Origin: an uncultured Pseudorhodobacter sp.
GTDB taxonomy: Bacteria; Pseudomonadota; Alphaproteobacteria; Rhodobacterales; Rhodobacteraceae
Length of the DNA stretch: 64,000 bases
Reading direction: 5' to 3'
Assembly: GCA_913062925.1 (NCBI GenBank)
Contig: CAJXWJ010000008.1
Span: 3,907 to 67,906 of the forward strand
Notes under the pieces: model-generated
The model's database searches: none
What the model saw: only the letters and a program-made list of their open reading frames with translations
What the model was told of the DNA's origin: nothing
Made by a program: the position numbers and the translations under genes
Shown here: positions 8,309-17,202 of the stretch, one piece after another
Numbering within the stretch: position 1 is the first letter of the stretch
Layout: the number at the start of each line of letters is the position of its first letter

Positions 8309-9213
8309 GCTGTCAGCAGTGGCTGGCCGGAAAAATGTGCGGCAAGGTTGTCGCGCTGCAATTGCCCCATCGCGCGACGGGTGGCCTCGGTGGCTGAACC
8401 TTGGTGCGGTTGCAGCAAGACATTGGCCAGCGGCTTGAACCGCGGGTTGATGGCGGGTTCGCCCTCAAACACATCCAGCGCAGCCCCTGCGATCTGATTG
8501 GTCTCGAGCGCAGTCAGCAAGGCGTCTTCGTCGATATTGGCCGCACGCGAGATATTGATCAGCATGCCATTCGGCCCGAGGGCGCGCAGCACCTCGGCGT
8601 TGACGATATGGCGGGTTTCGGCATTGGCCAGCGTGACCACAAACAGAAAATCCACATGCGCGGCCAAAGCCACGGGATCGGGGATATAGGTATAGGCAAC
8701 CGGCTTTTCGCTGCGCGCAGAATAGGCGATCTGCATGTCAAAGCCTTCCAGACGGCGCGCGATTTCGCTGCCAATCCGGCCCAGCCCCAAAATCCCCGCC
8801 TTGGCGCCGAAAAAGCGGCGTTGCAGCGGGAAATTCGCCGCCTCCCAAGCCCCCGAGCGGGCATGGGCATCGGCAGCAGGCACCGCACGGCTGAGGCCAA
8901 GCGCCATTGCCAGCGCCAGATCGGCGCAATCGCCGTCCAGCACCCCGGGGGTATTGGTGACACTGACACCACGCGCCTTGCACAGGCCAAGATTGATTGC
9001 ATCATAGCCCACGCCATTCACCGCAATCAGCTCGAGCTTGGGGCAGGCCTGAATAATCGCATCGGAAACGCCTGCGCCGCCGGTGGTGGCAATGGCGCGG
9101 ATCTCGCTGAGGTCTGGCGCAGCGCTCAGGTGATGCACATGGTAGGCCGCGTCGAGCGGGGTTTGATCCCATTCGGCATAGGGGCTGATTTGCAAGATAT
9201 CCGGTTTGGTCAT
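8296..9213 (-). CDS. D-isomer-specific 2-hydroxyacid dehydrogenase (GhrB/2-ketoaldonate reductase-like)
   Basis: GVGYDAI, GILGLGRIG, LINISRA, LDVFEGEP and PHQGSAT motifs. Confidence 0.9.
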   Translation of the reverse strand: MTKPDILQISPYAEWDQTPLDAAYHVHHLSAAPDLSEIRAIATTGGAGVSDAIIQACPKLELIAVNGVGYDAINLGLCKARGVSVTNTPGVLDGDCADLALAMALGLSRAVPAADAHARSGAWEAANFPLQRRFFGAKAGILGLGRIGSEIARRLEGFDMQIAYSARSEKPVAYTYIPDPVALAAHVDFLFVVTLANAETRHIVNAEVLRALGPNGMLINISRAANIDEDALLTALETNQIAGAALDVFEGEPAINPRFKPLANVLLQPHQGSATEATRRAMGQLQRDNLAAHFSGQPLLTAVTL

Positions 9214-10160
9214 AGCGTTCCCTTGGGTTGGGCGTGAATTTCCGCGGCAAAGCGCGCCGCAACAGGCGGCAAAATCGCCCCTGTGCGGGTGATAAGTCCG
9301 AAGGCCGCAACCTCGATGCCAAGGTCGATGGCCAGCGCACGGTAGGGCGCATCAGCGGCAGAGGCAAAGCACTCGGCGACAGTGCGCGCCAAGGGCGCGA
9401 TGCTGTCAGAATGCTGCAACAGCGCAAAGATCATCAAAAAGCTGTCCGTCGCCAGCACCTGTTTCGGGCTGGGCAGGCCGTGGGCGCGCAGGCGTTCCAG
9501 CACGGTACGGGTCAGGATCGCAGCGGGCGGCGGCATCACCCAATCATAGGCAGACAGATCGGCGGGCAAAAGCTTGGGTTTGCTTATCAAAGGATGGCTG
9601 CTGCGCACCACAAGGCTGACCGGCTCTGTCGCAATCGGTGTGATGTCAAACAGCGCACGGCTGGGGCCTTCGGGCAGGCGACCAATCGCAAAATCCAGAT
9701 TTCCCGCCAAAAGCTGCTCGCACAGCTGCTCCGAGCCTGCGATCTTGACCTCGGCAGAAATGCGTGGCGCATGCAGGCAGACTTCGCGCAGCGCCGGCAG
9801 CACACGGCCAATCGCCGGCCCCGTGACAGAGCCGATGCGCACATGGCCGGTCTCGCCCGCCGCCACCTCGGCGATATCGCGGGCGGCATCGCGCAATTCG
9901 GTCTGAATGCGTTGCGCGCGCAGGGCCAAAGCCTCGCCCACCGGCGTCAGCACCATACCACGCCCCGTGCGCAGATGCACCGGCGCACCGACGATCCGCT
10001 CGACCTCGGCCAAAAGCCGCGAGGCCGCAGGCTGGGCGATGCTCATCCGGTCCGCAGCCTGCCCGATCTGCCCCGTCTCGGCCAAAGCCGCAAGCAGGCG
10101 CAGGTGGCTGAGTTTCAGCCCCCGATGGGCAAGCGTATCGCTGTGCTGCGCAAGATGCAT
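9210..10160 (-). CDS. LysR-family regulator (GbpR-like)
   Basis: LKLSHLRLL...AAD.M.IAQPAASRLLAEVE HTH. Stop overlaps the dehydrogenase start. Confidence 0.9.
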   Translation of the reverse strand: MHLAQHSDTLAHRGLKLSHLRLLAALAETGQIGQAADRMSIAQPAASRLLAEVERIVGAPVHLRTGRGMVLTPVGEALALRAQRIQTELRDAARDIAEVAAGETGHVRIGSVTGPAIGRVLPALREVCLHAPRISAEVKIAGSEQLCEQLLAGNLDFAIGRLPEGPSRALFDITPIATEPVSLVVRSSHPLISKPKLLPADLSAYDWVMPPPAAILTRTVLERLRAHGLPSPKQVLATDSFLMIFALLQHSDSIAPLARTVAECFASAADAPYRALAIDLGIEVAAFGLITRTGAILPPVAARFAAEIHAQPKGTL

Positions 10161-10357
10161 ATCATTTCAGCCATAAATTACCTGCTTTGCATGTTCTAAC
10201 CACAGGCGTGTAGATTGCAACTGGGACTGAAGCAGGTAGCGATTTTTGAACCCAAAGCTCCGAGGCAGACGCGGGCTGTTGCCGCTGGTGCCCGCACGCG
10301 CGGCGTGGCATTCTGCCCCCTGCCCACAGTCTTATGGGCGCAATGCAAGGACAGACC

Positions 10358-11164
10358 ATGCCCGCAGCCCCAGCCGATTCCGCGCTTTACCGCGATCTCT
10401 TTGCCGATCTGGACAGCGCGCGGCTGTTTTCGGATGCCGCCGAGCTGCGCGCGATGCTGCTGGTTGCGGGGGCTTTGGCGCGTGTGCAGGGCGATTTGGG
10501 GCTGATCCCCTTGCAGGCCGCGGGCTTTATTGAACGCAGCGCACGCGAAGTGCAGCTTGACCCATCGGCCATGGCAGCCGAGACAGCCAAGCTTGGCGAT
10601 CCGGTTCCGGCCTTTCTGGCCGCCTTTCGCAAGGCAGCAGAGGCGCCCGATCTGATGCACTACCTGCATTGGAACGCGCAAAATCACGATCTGCACGCCA
10701 CCGCTCAGGCGCTGCGGCTGCGGCGGGTGATGGATCTGTGGCAGGCGCGGCTAGAGGTGCTGATCGCGCAGGGCATCAAAGGGCTGCGCGCGCATCAGAC
10801 CGCGCTGAGTGCCCTGCGCCCTGCGGTCGAGGTGGTCAGGCTTTCGGGCGATAACGCCGATCTGGCGGCGGCTTTGGCGGCGGCCTTGGGCCTGCAAGCC
10901 CCCAGCGCAGAGGCGCGCGGTTTGGCAGCGCTTGCCGCTTGGATGGCGGGGGTTTGTGGCTGTTTGGCCGATGATCTGGCCAGCCACGCCCCGCTGTTGC
11001 GCGCGCTTTCGCGGCAGGTGACGGCGCTTTCGGCGCTGATCAGCGAGCCTGCGCAAACCGCCAGCGAAGCGCGCTTTGCTGAATGGCTGGCGCTGGCGCA
11101 ACTTGCCATCTCGACCGGGCGCGCCTTGGCGCTTGCGGTCGAAATCGCAGCGCCGCAGCCTTAG
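10358..11164 (+). CDS. Shortened, catalytically degenerate member of the fumarase/aspartase (PcaB/adenylosuccinate lyase-like) superfamily
   Basis: N-terminus MPAAPADSALYRDLF...LFSDAAELRAMLLV.GALARVQG.LGLIP matches PcaB-like proteins. HWNAQNHD replaces H-x-GATSQD and there is no SSxMPxKxN signature. AAGGA RBS before ATG 10358. Confidence 0.7.
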   Translation: MPAAPADSALYRDLFADLDSARLFSDAAELRAMLLVAGALARVQGDLGLIPLQAAGFIERSAREVQLDPSAMAAETAKLGDPVPAFLAAFRKAAEAPDLMHYLHWNAQNHDLHATAQALRLRRVMDLWQARLEVLIAQGIKGLRAHQTALSALRPAVEVVRLSGDNADLAAALAAALGLQAPSAEARGLAALAAWMAGVCGCLADDLASHAPLLRALSRQVTALSALISEPAQTASEARFAEWLALAQLAISTGRALALAVEIAAPQP

Positions 11165-11847
11165 CCAAGCCAAGCCGCGTAATCGCTGACCAAAAGATGG
11201 GTTGGGGCGACATCTTCCTCGATCTCGGCAAAGCGCCCGATCGGTTCACGAAAGATATTGTCGGTCTCGTCATCATTGACCGTCGAGACCTCGCCGATCA
11301 GCACATCGCCGCCCTCGCCCCAAAACGCATGCCAATCGCCCGGCATCAGGGTGACGGATTCGCCCGGCGCAAGTTTCAGCTTGTCGCCCGCAGCATAGGG
11401 CCGCGCGATGCCGTCGCAAAGCACCACGCCGCCGCGATCAGGCGCGCAGTGGCCGATGTCGTCCGAGCCAAACAGCTCGACCACCAAGGTCGCCCCACCT
11501 CGGTTGATGATGTCTTCGGCCTTGATCGCATGGGTGTGCATCGGCGAGAGTTGATCTTGCCGCGAAATCAACAGCTTTTCGGCATAGCACATGCCCCCGC
11601 CGCGTTGCAGATCCGACAACAGCCCATTGCGCAGGGTGAACAAAAACAGGCCCATCTGATCAAAGCGGCCTTGGCCGTAATCGGTGATATCCCAACCACA
11701 GCGCCCCGAAATCACCCGCGCCGCAGCGGGCGCATTGGCTTTGAACTGATCGGGCGACCAATTGGCAAAGGGCGGCAGCACAAAGCCGTAGTGATGGATC
11801 AAATCCTCGGCTGCGGCCATGATCTCGTTGATTTTGGACCGTTTCAT
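11161..11847 (-). CDS. D-lyxose/D-mannose family ketol-isomerase (cupin)
   Basis: MKRSKIN, GWDITD, YAEKLL, SPMHTH..K.EDIINRGG, L.PGESVTL.PG.WH.F and GEVSTVNDD motifs. Confidence 0.9.
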   Translation of the reverse strand: MKRSKINEIMAAAEDLIHHYGFVLPPFANWSPDQFKANAPAAARVISGRCGWDITDYGQGRFDQMGLFLFTLRNGLLSDLQRGGGMCYAEKLLISRQDQLSPMHTHAIKAEDIINRGGATLVVELFGSDDIGHCAPDRGGVVLCDGIARPYAAGDKLKLAPGESVTLMPGDWHAFWGEGGDVLIGEVSTVNDDETDNIFREPIGRFAEIEEDVAPTHLLVSDYAAWLG

Positions 11848-11924
11848 TGCTGTGCCCCCCTTGGCTGATTTTACCGCAGCAAAGCGGTTTTTGGCCGCGA
11901 TAGCAAGGGAGGCAAAGCGAGCGC

Positions 11925-11950
11925 GCGGGCGCTTTTGATCAAGCGCCCGC
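11925..11950 (-). terminator. Stem-loop after the ABC substrate-binding protein gene (terminator or mRNA stabiliser)
   Basis: GCGGGCGCTT-TTGATC-AAGCGCCCGC, perfect 10-bp stem. Confidence 0.55.
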
Positions 11951-11957
11951 AGCCAGA

Positions 11958-13010
11958 TTACATCTTGCCCCAGATCTTGGCATAGGCCTCACGGTAGCCG
12001 TTTTGCGGATCAAAGGCATTGCTGTCGCCCATCGCCTTGAGCCCCTCTTCGGTGACAAGTGCGGGCGCTGTGACATAGCCCGAGCAAGCTGCCCCCGAGA
12101 CCGCGCGGTTCATCTCGTCAACCAACTGCCAGCCTTGCAGGTTCAGCGGTTCGGCCACGGTCACGGCCTGATATTGGCCGGTGCGAATGCGCTGGAAGGC
12201 GGCTTCCGAGCCATCGCCCGCAGAGCCTGCCTTTGGATTGGCCTTACCGTCGATGCCAGCCGCCGCCAAAGCAGGGCCCATAAAGTCGAAATACAGGTCA
12301 TTGATCGCCAGCGAATGCGTCCATTTCGCGCCGTATTTCTGCAAAAGGCTGGTGGTCAGCGGACCCATCCGCGTCGAGGTTTCCGCAATCGGGGTGTCGA
12401 CATATTCCAGCACGGTGCCGCCGGCCGCTTCGATGTCTTTCTTCATGCGGTCGGCTTTGTCGATGGCGATCTGATAGGTGGAATCGGTAAAGATCACCAC
12501 GCCTGCGTCTTTGCCACCATCCTCCATCGCCCAATTGGCCGCCACATCCGAGACTTGCATCGCATCGGTCGAGACATTGGCAAAAATGCCGCCGGGGGCG
12601 TCACAGCCGATTTTTGGGCCCGAGTGCCAAGACACCATCGGAATTTTTGCGGCAACCACGCCTTCAAGGGCGGCTTGCTGTTCGGTGGCGTCAAAGCCGT
12701 TGATGATGATGCCATCGGGCATAAGCGCCATCGCCTGACCAAAGGCCGCCGTGCGACCTTGCACCGAGCCTGCGCCATCGAGCACCCGCACCGTCCAGCC
12801 GATTTTCGCCGCAGCCTCTTCAACGCCCGTGGTCACGCCCAAAATGCCGCCGTTTTTCATATCAGCCGCCAGCACGACGACGGTTTTGCCCTCGGCAGCC
12901 GTGGGGCCAGAGCTGGGGCCGTCAAAGGCGCTGTCGGCAAAGGCAGGCAGGCCAAGCCCTGCGATCATGGTGCTTGCCATAAGGGCTTTTAGAAAGATCC
13001 GTTTTTGCAT
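11958..13010 (-). CDS. Sugar ABC transporter substrate-binding protein (CUT2)
   Basis: Signal peptide (…LPAFA), periplasmic binding protein type 1 features, last gene of the ABC operon. Confidence 0.88.
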   Translation of the reverse strand: MQKRIFLKALMASTMIAGLGLPAFADSAFDGPSSGPTAAEGKTVVVLAADMKNGGILGVTTGVEEAAAKIGWTVRVLDGAGSVQGRTAAFGQAMALMPDGIIINGFDATEQQAALEGVVAAKIPMVSWHSGPKIGCDAPGGIFANVSTDAMQVSDVAANWAMEDGGKDAGVVIFTDSTYQIAIDKADRMKKDIEAAGGTVLEYVDTPIAETSTRMGPLTTSLLQKYGAKWTHSLAINDLYFDFMGPALAAAGIDGKANPKAGSAGDGSEAAFQRIRTGQYQAVTVAEPLNLQGWQLVDEMNRAVSGAACSGYVTAPALVTEEGLKAMGDSNAFDPQNGYREAYAKIWGKM

Positions 13011-13035
13011 GTGTCGTCCTCCCGTTTGATGATGA

Positions 13036-14058
13036 TTACTTGCGCGCAGCGCCTTTTTTGCGTTGCGCGTATCCTGCGATGCCGATTGCGATCAGCAGCG
13101 TAGAGCCGTTGAACAGCGGCTCGACCCAGAACGAACCGCCGAATTGTTGAATGCCCGAGATGCCAACCGCCAGAATGGTCACCCCGATGATGGTGCCCCA
13201 GACGTTGACCCGCCCCGGCTTGATGGTGGTCGAGCCCAGAAACGCTCCAACCAAGGCGGGCAGCAGAAACTCCAGCCCCACCGAGGCCTGACCGATGCGC
13301 AGCTTTGACGCCAGCAACACCCCCGCGAGGCCCGAAAGCGTGCCCGAGGCGACAAAGGCCGCGACAACGAATTTGCGGGTGGGAATGCCGTTCAGCTCGG
13401 CCGCCTTTTGGTTGGCGCCGATGGCGTAAAGATACCGCCCCACGGGGGTGAATTCCAACACCAGCCACATCACAAGGCTGATCACCATGACGTAATAGGC
13501 GGTGATTGGCAGGCCAAAAACGAACTTGCCGCTGAGTTGATAGAACGAAGGATCCAGCGCGCCCACCACCTGCCGCCCACCCGAATGCCACAGCGCAATC
13601 GCATAAAGCACCGTGCCCGTGCCCAGCGTCGCGATAAAGGCGTCGATCTTGGCGACCTCGACCAAGATGCCATTGGCCACGCCCACAAGCGCGCCAAGGG
13701 CGATCACAATCACCACCGCCAAGGGCCAAGGCAGGCCGTAGTTGACCTGAAAGGAAATCGCCAAAATATGCCATAAAACAATGCCGTAACCGACCGTCAG
13801 ATCAATCCGCCCCGCCACCATCGGGATCATTGCGGCAAGCGACAGCAGGGCGATGATCGCTTTATCCGACAAGATCGCGCGCAGGTTCAACAGGGTTGGA
13901 AAGGTATTCGGCAGCAAGACCGAAAACAGCACGATCAAAAAAGCCGTCAGGATCACAAGCCCGTAAACCGGTGCCAAGCGCAGCAAACGCTGGGCCAAAG
14001 ATTGCCCCGCCAATTCGTCCTTGGTGGGTTCCAGCGCATCTGATTGGATCGAGTTCAT
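13036..14058 (-). CDS. Sugar ABC transporter permease (RbsC-like)
   Basis: IDLTVG, FIATLG, GRYLYAIGAN.KAAEL.GI and GGRVNVWGT motifs. Confidence 0.92.
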   Translation of the reverse strand: MNSIQSDALEPTKDELAGQSLAQRLLRLAPVYGLVILTAFLIVLFSVLLPNTFPTLLNLRAILSDKAIIALLSLAAMIPMVAGRIDLTVGYGIVLWHILAISFQVNYGLPWPLAVVIVIALGALVGVANGILVEVAKIDAFIATLGTGTVLYAIALWHSGGRQVVGALDPSFYQLSGKFVFGLPITAYYVMVISLVMWLVLEFTPVGRYLYAIGANQKAAELNGIPTRKFVVAAFVASGTLSGLAGVLLASKLRIGQASVGLEFLLPALVGAFLGSTTIKPGRVNVWGTIIGVTILAVGISGIQQFGGSFWVEPLFNGSTLLIAIGIAGYAQRKKGAARK

Positions 14059-14069
14059 GGCCTATCCCG

Positions 14070-15566
14070 TTATGCAGCCTGATCGCCCGCCGAAGCGGCT
14101 TGGATCAGGGTTTCTGTCGAAAGTGCCGCACCCGACAGCTCGGCCACCACTTGGCCCCGGCTGAACACCACGGCGCGGTGGCAAATATTGGCGATTTCCT
14201 CGAAATCGGTCGAAACCACCAGCACCCCCATGCCCGAGGCAAGCGCTTGGAACAGCAGATGATAAATCTGCGCCTTGGCCCCCACATCGACGCCTGCGGT
14301 CGGGTCTTCGGCGATCAGCAAGCGCCGTCCGGTGTCCAGCCAGCGGCCCACCACCACCTTTTGTTGGTTGCCCCCCGAAAGCGCCTCGATGGCAAGGCTG
14401 GGGTCATTGGGCTGAACGCCCAGACGCGCGCCAAGGCGCTGCGCATGGCCAGCTTCGGTTTTGGCGGTCATGAACGACCACAGCCGCCGCCCGGTGGCCG
14501 AAGGGTTCAAAAAGGCATTCTCGCGGATACTCAGCGCAGGGGCCACCGATTCCACCACGCGGTCACGCGCGACAAAGCCGATGCCGGCGGCCATAGCCCT
14601 GCGCGCCGAGGTCAGATCAGGCGCCTGACCATCCAGCAAGATCGTGCCCGAATGTGGTTCCAAACCAAAGAGCGCGCGGCCAATCTCTTCGTGGCCTGCC
14701 CCACGCAGCCCGACCAGCCCCACCATCTCGCCGCGACGGATGGTCAGATCAATCGGGCCAGCCTTACGGGTCGCCAGCGCGGTTGCGGACAAAAGCTTGG
14801 GGCCTTGCTGGACGTCGGGGCGGTCAATCTCGCGGGTTTTGCGCCCGACGATCAGATCGACAAGGTCTTCGGCCGTGGTTTGCGCAGTGTCGCGCGCGCC
14901 CACCATTTGGCCATCGCGCAACACCGCCACGCGGTCGGAAATCTGAAACACCTCGTCCAAGCGGTGCGAGACATAGATCATCCCAACACCCTTGGCCTTC
15001 AGCGGCCGCAGCGCTGCAAACAGCCGTTCCACCTCATCGGCAGGCAGGCTGGCGGTGGGTTCATCCAGCACCAGAAAATCACATTCCACCGCCAAAGCGC
15101 GGGCGATCGCCACCAGCGATTTTTCTGTGCGCGTCAGGCTTGAGACCCGGGCCGTTGGTTCAAAATCTGCCTCGACAAGCGCAAGCGCTGCGCGCGCCCG
15201 CGCCTCGGTTGCAGGCCAGTCGATCCTTCCGCCGCGCTTGGGGTAGCCCACCGCAAGCGCGATGTTTTCGGCCACACTCATCCATTCGATCAGCCCAAGG
15301 TCTTGGTGAATAAAGGCCACCGCCTGTTTGGCCGCCAGCTTGCCGCTGATGTGTTTATAGGGCGCGCCATCGACCAGAACCTGACCACTGTCTGGCGCAT
15401 AAATACCGCCCAAGGTCTTGATTAGGGTTGATTTTCCAGCACCATTCTCGCCCAAAAGCGCGACAATCTCGCCCCGACGCACCTGCAAGGACACCCCGCG
15501 CAGCGCCCGCGTGCCGCCAAAGGATTTGACGATTGCGTCAAACACCAATCCTTCTTGCTGCGCCAT
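14070..15566 (-). CDS. Sugar ABC transporter ATP-binding protein (RbsA-like, two NBDs)
   Basis: GENGAGKST, LDEPT and LSGGNQQK motifs. Start set at ATG 15566 (MAQQEG). Confidence 0.93.
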   Translation of the reverse strand: MAQQEGLVFDAIVKSFGGTRALRGVSLQVRRGEIVALLGENGAGKSTLIKTLGGIYAPDSGQVLVDGAPYKHISGKLAAKQAVAFIHQDLGLIEWMSVAENIALAVGYPKRGGRIDWPATEARARAALALVEADFEPTARVSSLTRTEKSLVAIARALAVECDFLVLDEPTASLPADEVERLFAALRPLKAKGVGMIYVSHRLDEVFQISDRVAVLRDGQMVGARDTAQTTAEDLVDLIVGRKTREIDRPDVQQGPKLLSATALATRKAGPIDLTIRRGEMVGLVGLRGAGHEEIGRALFGLEPHSGTILLDGQAPDLTSARRAMAAGIGFVARDRVVESVAPALSIRENAFLNPSATGRRLWSFMTAKTEAGHAQRLGARLGVQPNDPSLAIEALSGGNQQKVVVGRWLDTGRRLLIAEDPTAGVDVGAKAQIYHLLFQALASGMGVLVVSTDFEEIANICHRAVVFSRGQVVAELSGAALSTETLIQAASAGDQAA

Positions 15567-15654
15567 TATCCCCCCCGCCTTGACGATTGCACCCCTCCTC
15601 GGGCGCATCATCCTTTGATCACATTTGCGGCAATGAGACTCTGAGTCAAGAAAA

Positions 15655-15670
15655 AAGTTATCGATAACAT
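15655..15670. promoter_or_regulatory. LacI-family GntR/IdnR-type operator
   Basis: AAGTTATCGATAACAT between the divergent ABC operon and glcG-like gene; near-identical to 18203-18218. Confidence 0.75.
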
Positions 15671-15751
15671 TTATCGTGATGCGCCGCGAAACTCTGGCGT
15701 TGTGGCAGGGCCTTGCATCGCCTAGGGTGACGCCAAATCAAAGGAGAGACC

Positions 15752-16174
15752 ATGACGTTTTTTGCCAACACCCTGCGCCTAACCCATAGCGCCACCTTGC
15801 AGATGCTGACCGCTGCCGTGGCGAAAGCCGAAGCCATGGGCCAGCCGCAATGTATCGTGATTGTCGATGCAAGCGGTGAGGTTTTGGGCAAAATTCGCAT
15901 GACGGGCGCAAAGTTTCTGAGCCTGCGCTCGGCCTTTGCCAAGGCGCAAACCGCAGCCTCGATCGGCGCACCGACAGAAAACGTGCCCGAAATCATGCGC
16001 CCCGCGCTTAGTCTTGCCACTCAGGGCGGCATCACTTGGTTGAAGGGCGGCTTGCCCATTCGCATCAAGGGCGAATTGGTCGGCGGCATCGGCATCGGCT
16101 CTGGCACCGGCGATCAGGATTACGAGGTGGCGCTTGCTGCTTTGGCGGCGATTGGCGCGGATCTGCCCGCCTAG
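15752..16174 (+). CDS. GlcG/HbpS-family protein
   Basis: IVIVDASG...RM.GA...S...A..KA.TAA and GG.PI...GE.VGGIG motifs. Confidence 0.85.
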   Translation: MTFFANTLRLTHSATLQMLTAAVAKAEAMGQPQCIVIVDASGEVLGKIRMTGAKFLSLRSAFAKAQTAASIGAPTENVPEIMRPALSLATQGGITWLKGGLPIRIKGELVGGIGIGSGTGDQDYEVALAALAAIGADLPA

Positions 16175-17202
16175 TCAAACACGATCTGCGCTTTCATCGC
16201 GCGGCTGCGGTCGCCTGCGGTTTGAAAGGCCAGCAGCGCCTGCGACAGCGGGAAGGTCTGGGTGATAAAGGGCTTGACGTCGATCAAGCCCTTTTGCATC
16301 AGACTGACCCCAGTAGCGAATTCTTCGTGAAAGCGGAAGGATCCGCGCAAGCTCAATTCCTTGGCCGTCATCGCCTGCACCGGCAGCGTCATATCGCCGC
16401 CAAGCCCCAGCTGAATGATCACGCCGCCCGGCCGCATCGCCGCAATCGCTGCGATCAGCGCAGGGGCCGCCCCCGAGCATTCATAAAGCACATCAAAGCG
16501 GCCCTTGTCTTGGGTATAGGCGGCCAAAGCCTCGGGCACTTGCGCGGTGTTGAGGGTAACATCGGCCCCCGCTTGCCGCGCAAGGCCCAAGGTGAAATCC
16601 GAAAGATCGGTGGCGGCGATAAAATCCGCACCTGCGCGGCGCGCCGCAAGGATGCACAAAATCCCAATCGGGCCGCAACCGGTGACCAGCACCGATTTGC
16701 CAAGCAGCGGCCCCGCGCGGCGGGTGGCACGCAGGCAGACCGCCAGCGGCTCGGCCATTGCCGCCTCGCCGGCCGTTAGCCCATCGGCTGGCACGCATTG
16801 GCTGGCATCGGCCACCAAGACCTGCCGAAATGCGCCCTGAATATGCGGAAAAGGCATGGCCGAGCCGTAAAAGCGCATATTCAGGCAGTGGTTGAACATC
16901 GCCTTTTGGCAATAGCTGCACTGATGGCATGGCCGCGAGGGCGAAACCGCCACCAATTGCCCCAGCGCCAACCCCGTCACCCCCTGCCCCAGCGCGGTGA
17001 TATGGCCCGAAACCTCGTGGCCCAGCACCATCGGCTCGCGCAAGCGGATCGCGCCAAAGCCGCCGTGGTTGAAGTAATGCAGATCCGAGCCGCAAATCCC
17101 CCCCGTGGCCAGCCGAATTTCGACTTGGCCCGCACCAAGGGGTTCGGGCGCGGTTTCTTCGATCCGCAGGTCTTTTGCGGCATGGATGACGATAGATTTC
17201 AT
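16171..17202 (-). CDS. idnD: L-idonate 5-dehydrogenase (Zn-dependent MDR)
   Basis: GGICGSDLHYFNHGGFG, LGHEVSG, CLNMRFYGSAM.FPHIQGAF and GSFRF motifs; next to idnO/idnK-like genes. Confidence 0.85.
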   Translation of the reverse strand: MKSIVIHAAKDLRIEETAPEPLGAGQVEIRLATGGICGSDLHYFNHGGFGAIRLREPMVLGHEVSGHITALGQGVTGLALGQLVAVSPSRPCHQCSYCQKAMFNHCLNMRFYGSAMPFPHIQGAFRQVLVADASQCVPADGLTAGEAAMAEPLAVCLRATRRAGPLLGKSVLVTGCGPIGILCILAARRAGADFIAATDLSDFTLGLARQAGADVTLNTAQVPEALAAYTQDKGRFDVLYECSGAAPALIAAIAAMRPGGVIIQLGLGGDMTLPVQAMTAKELSLRGSFRFHEEFATGVSLMQKGLIDVKPFITQTFPLSQALLAFQTAGDRSRAMKAQIVFD

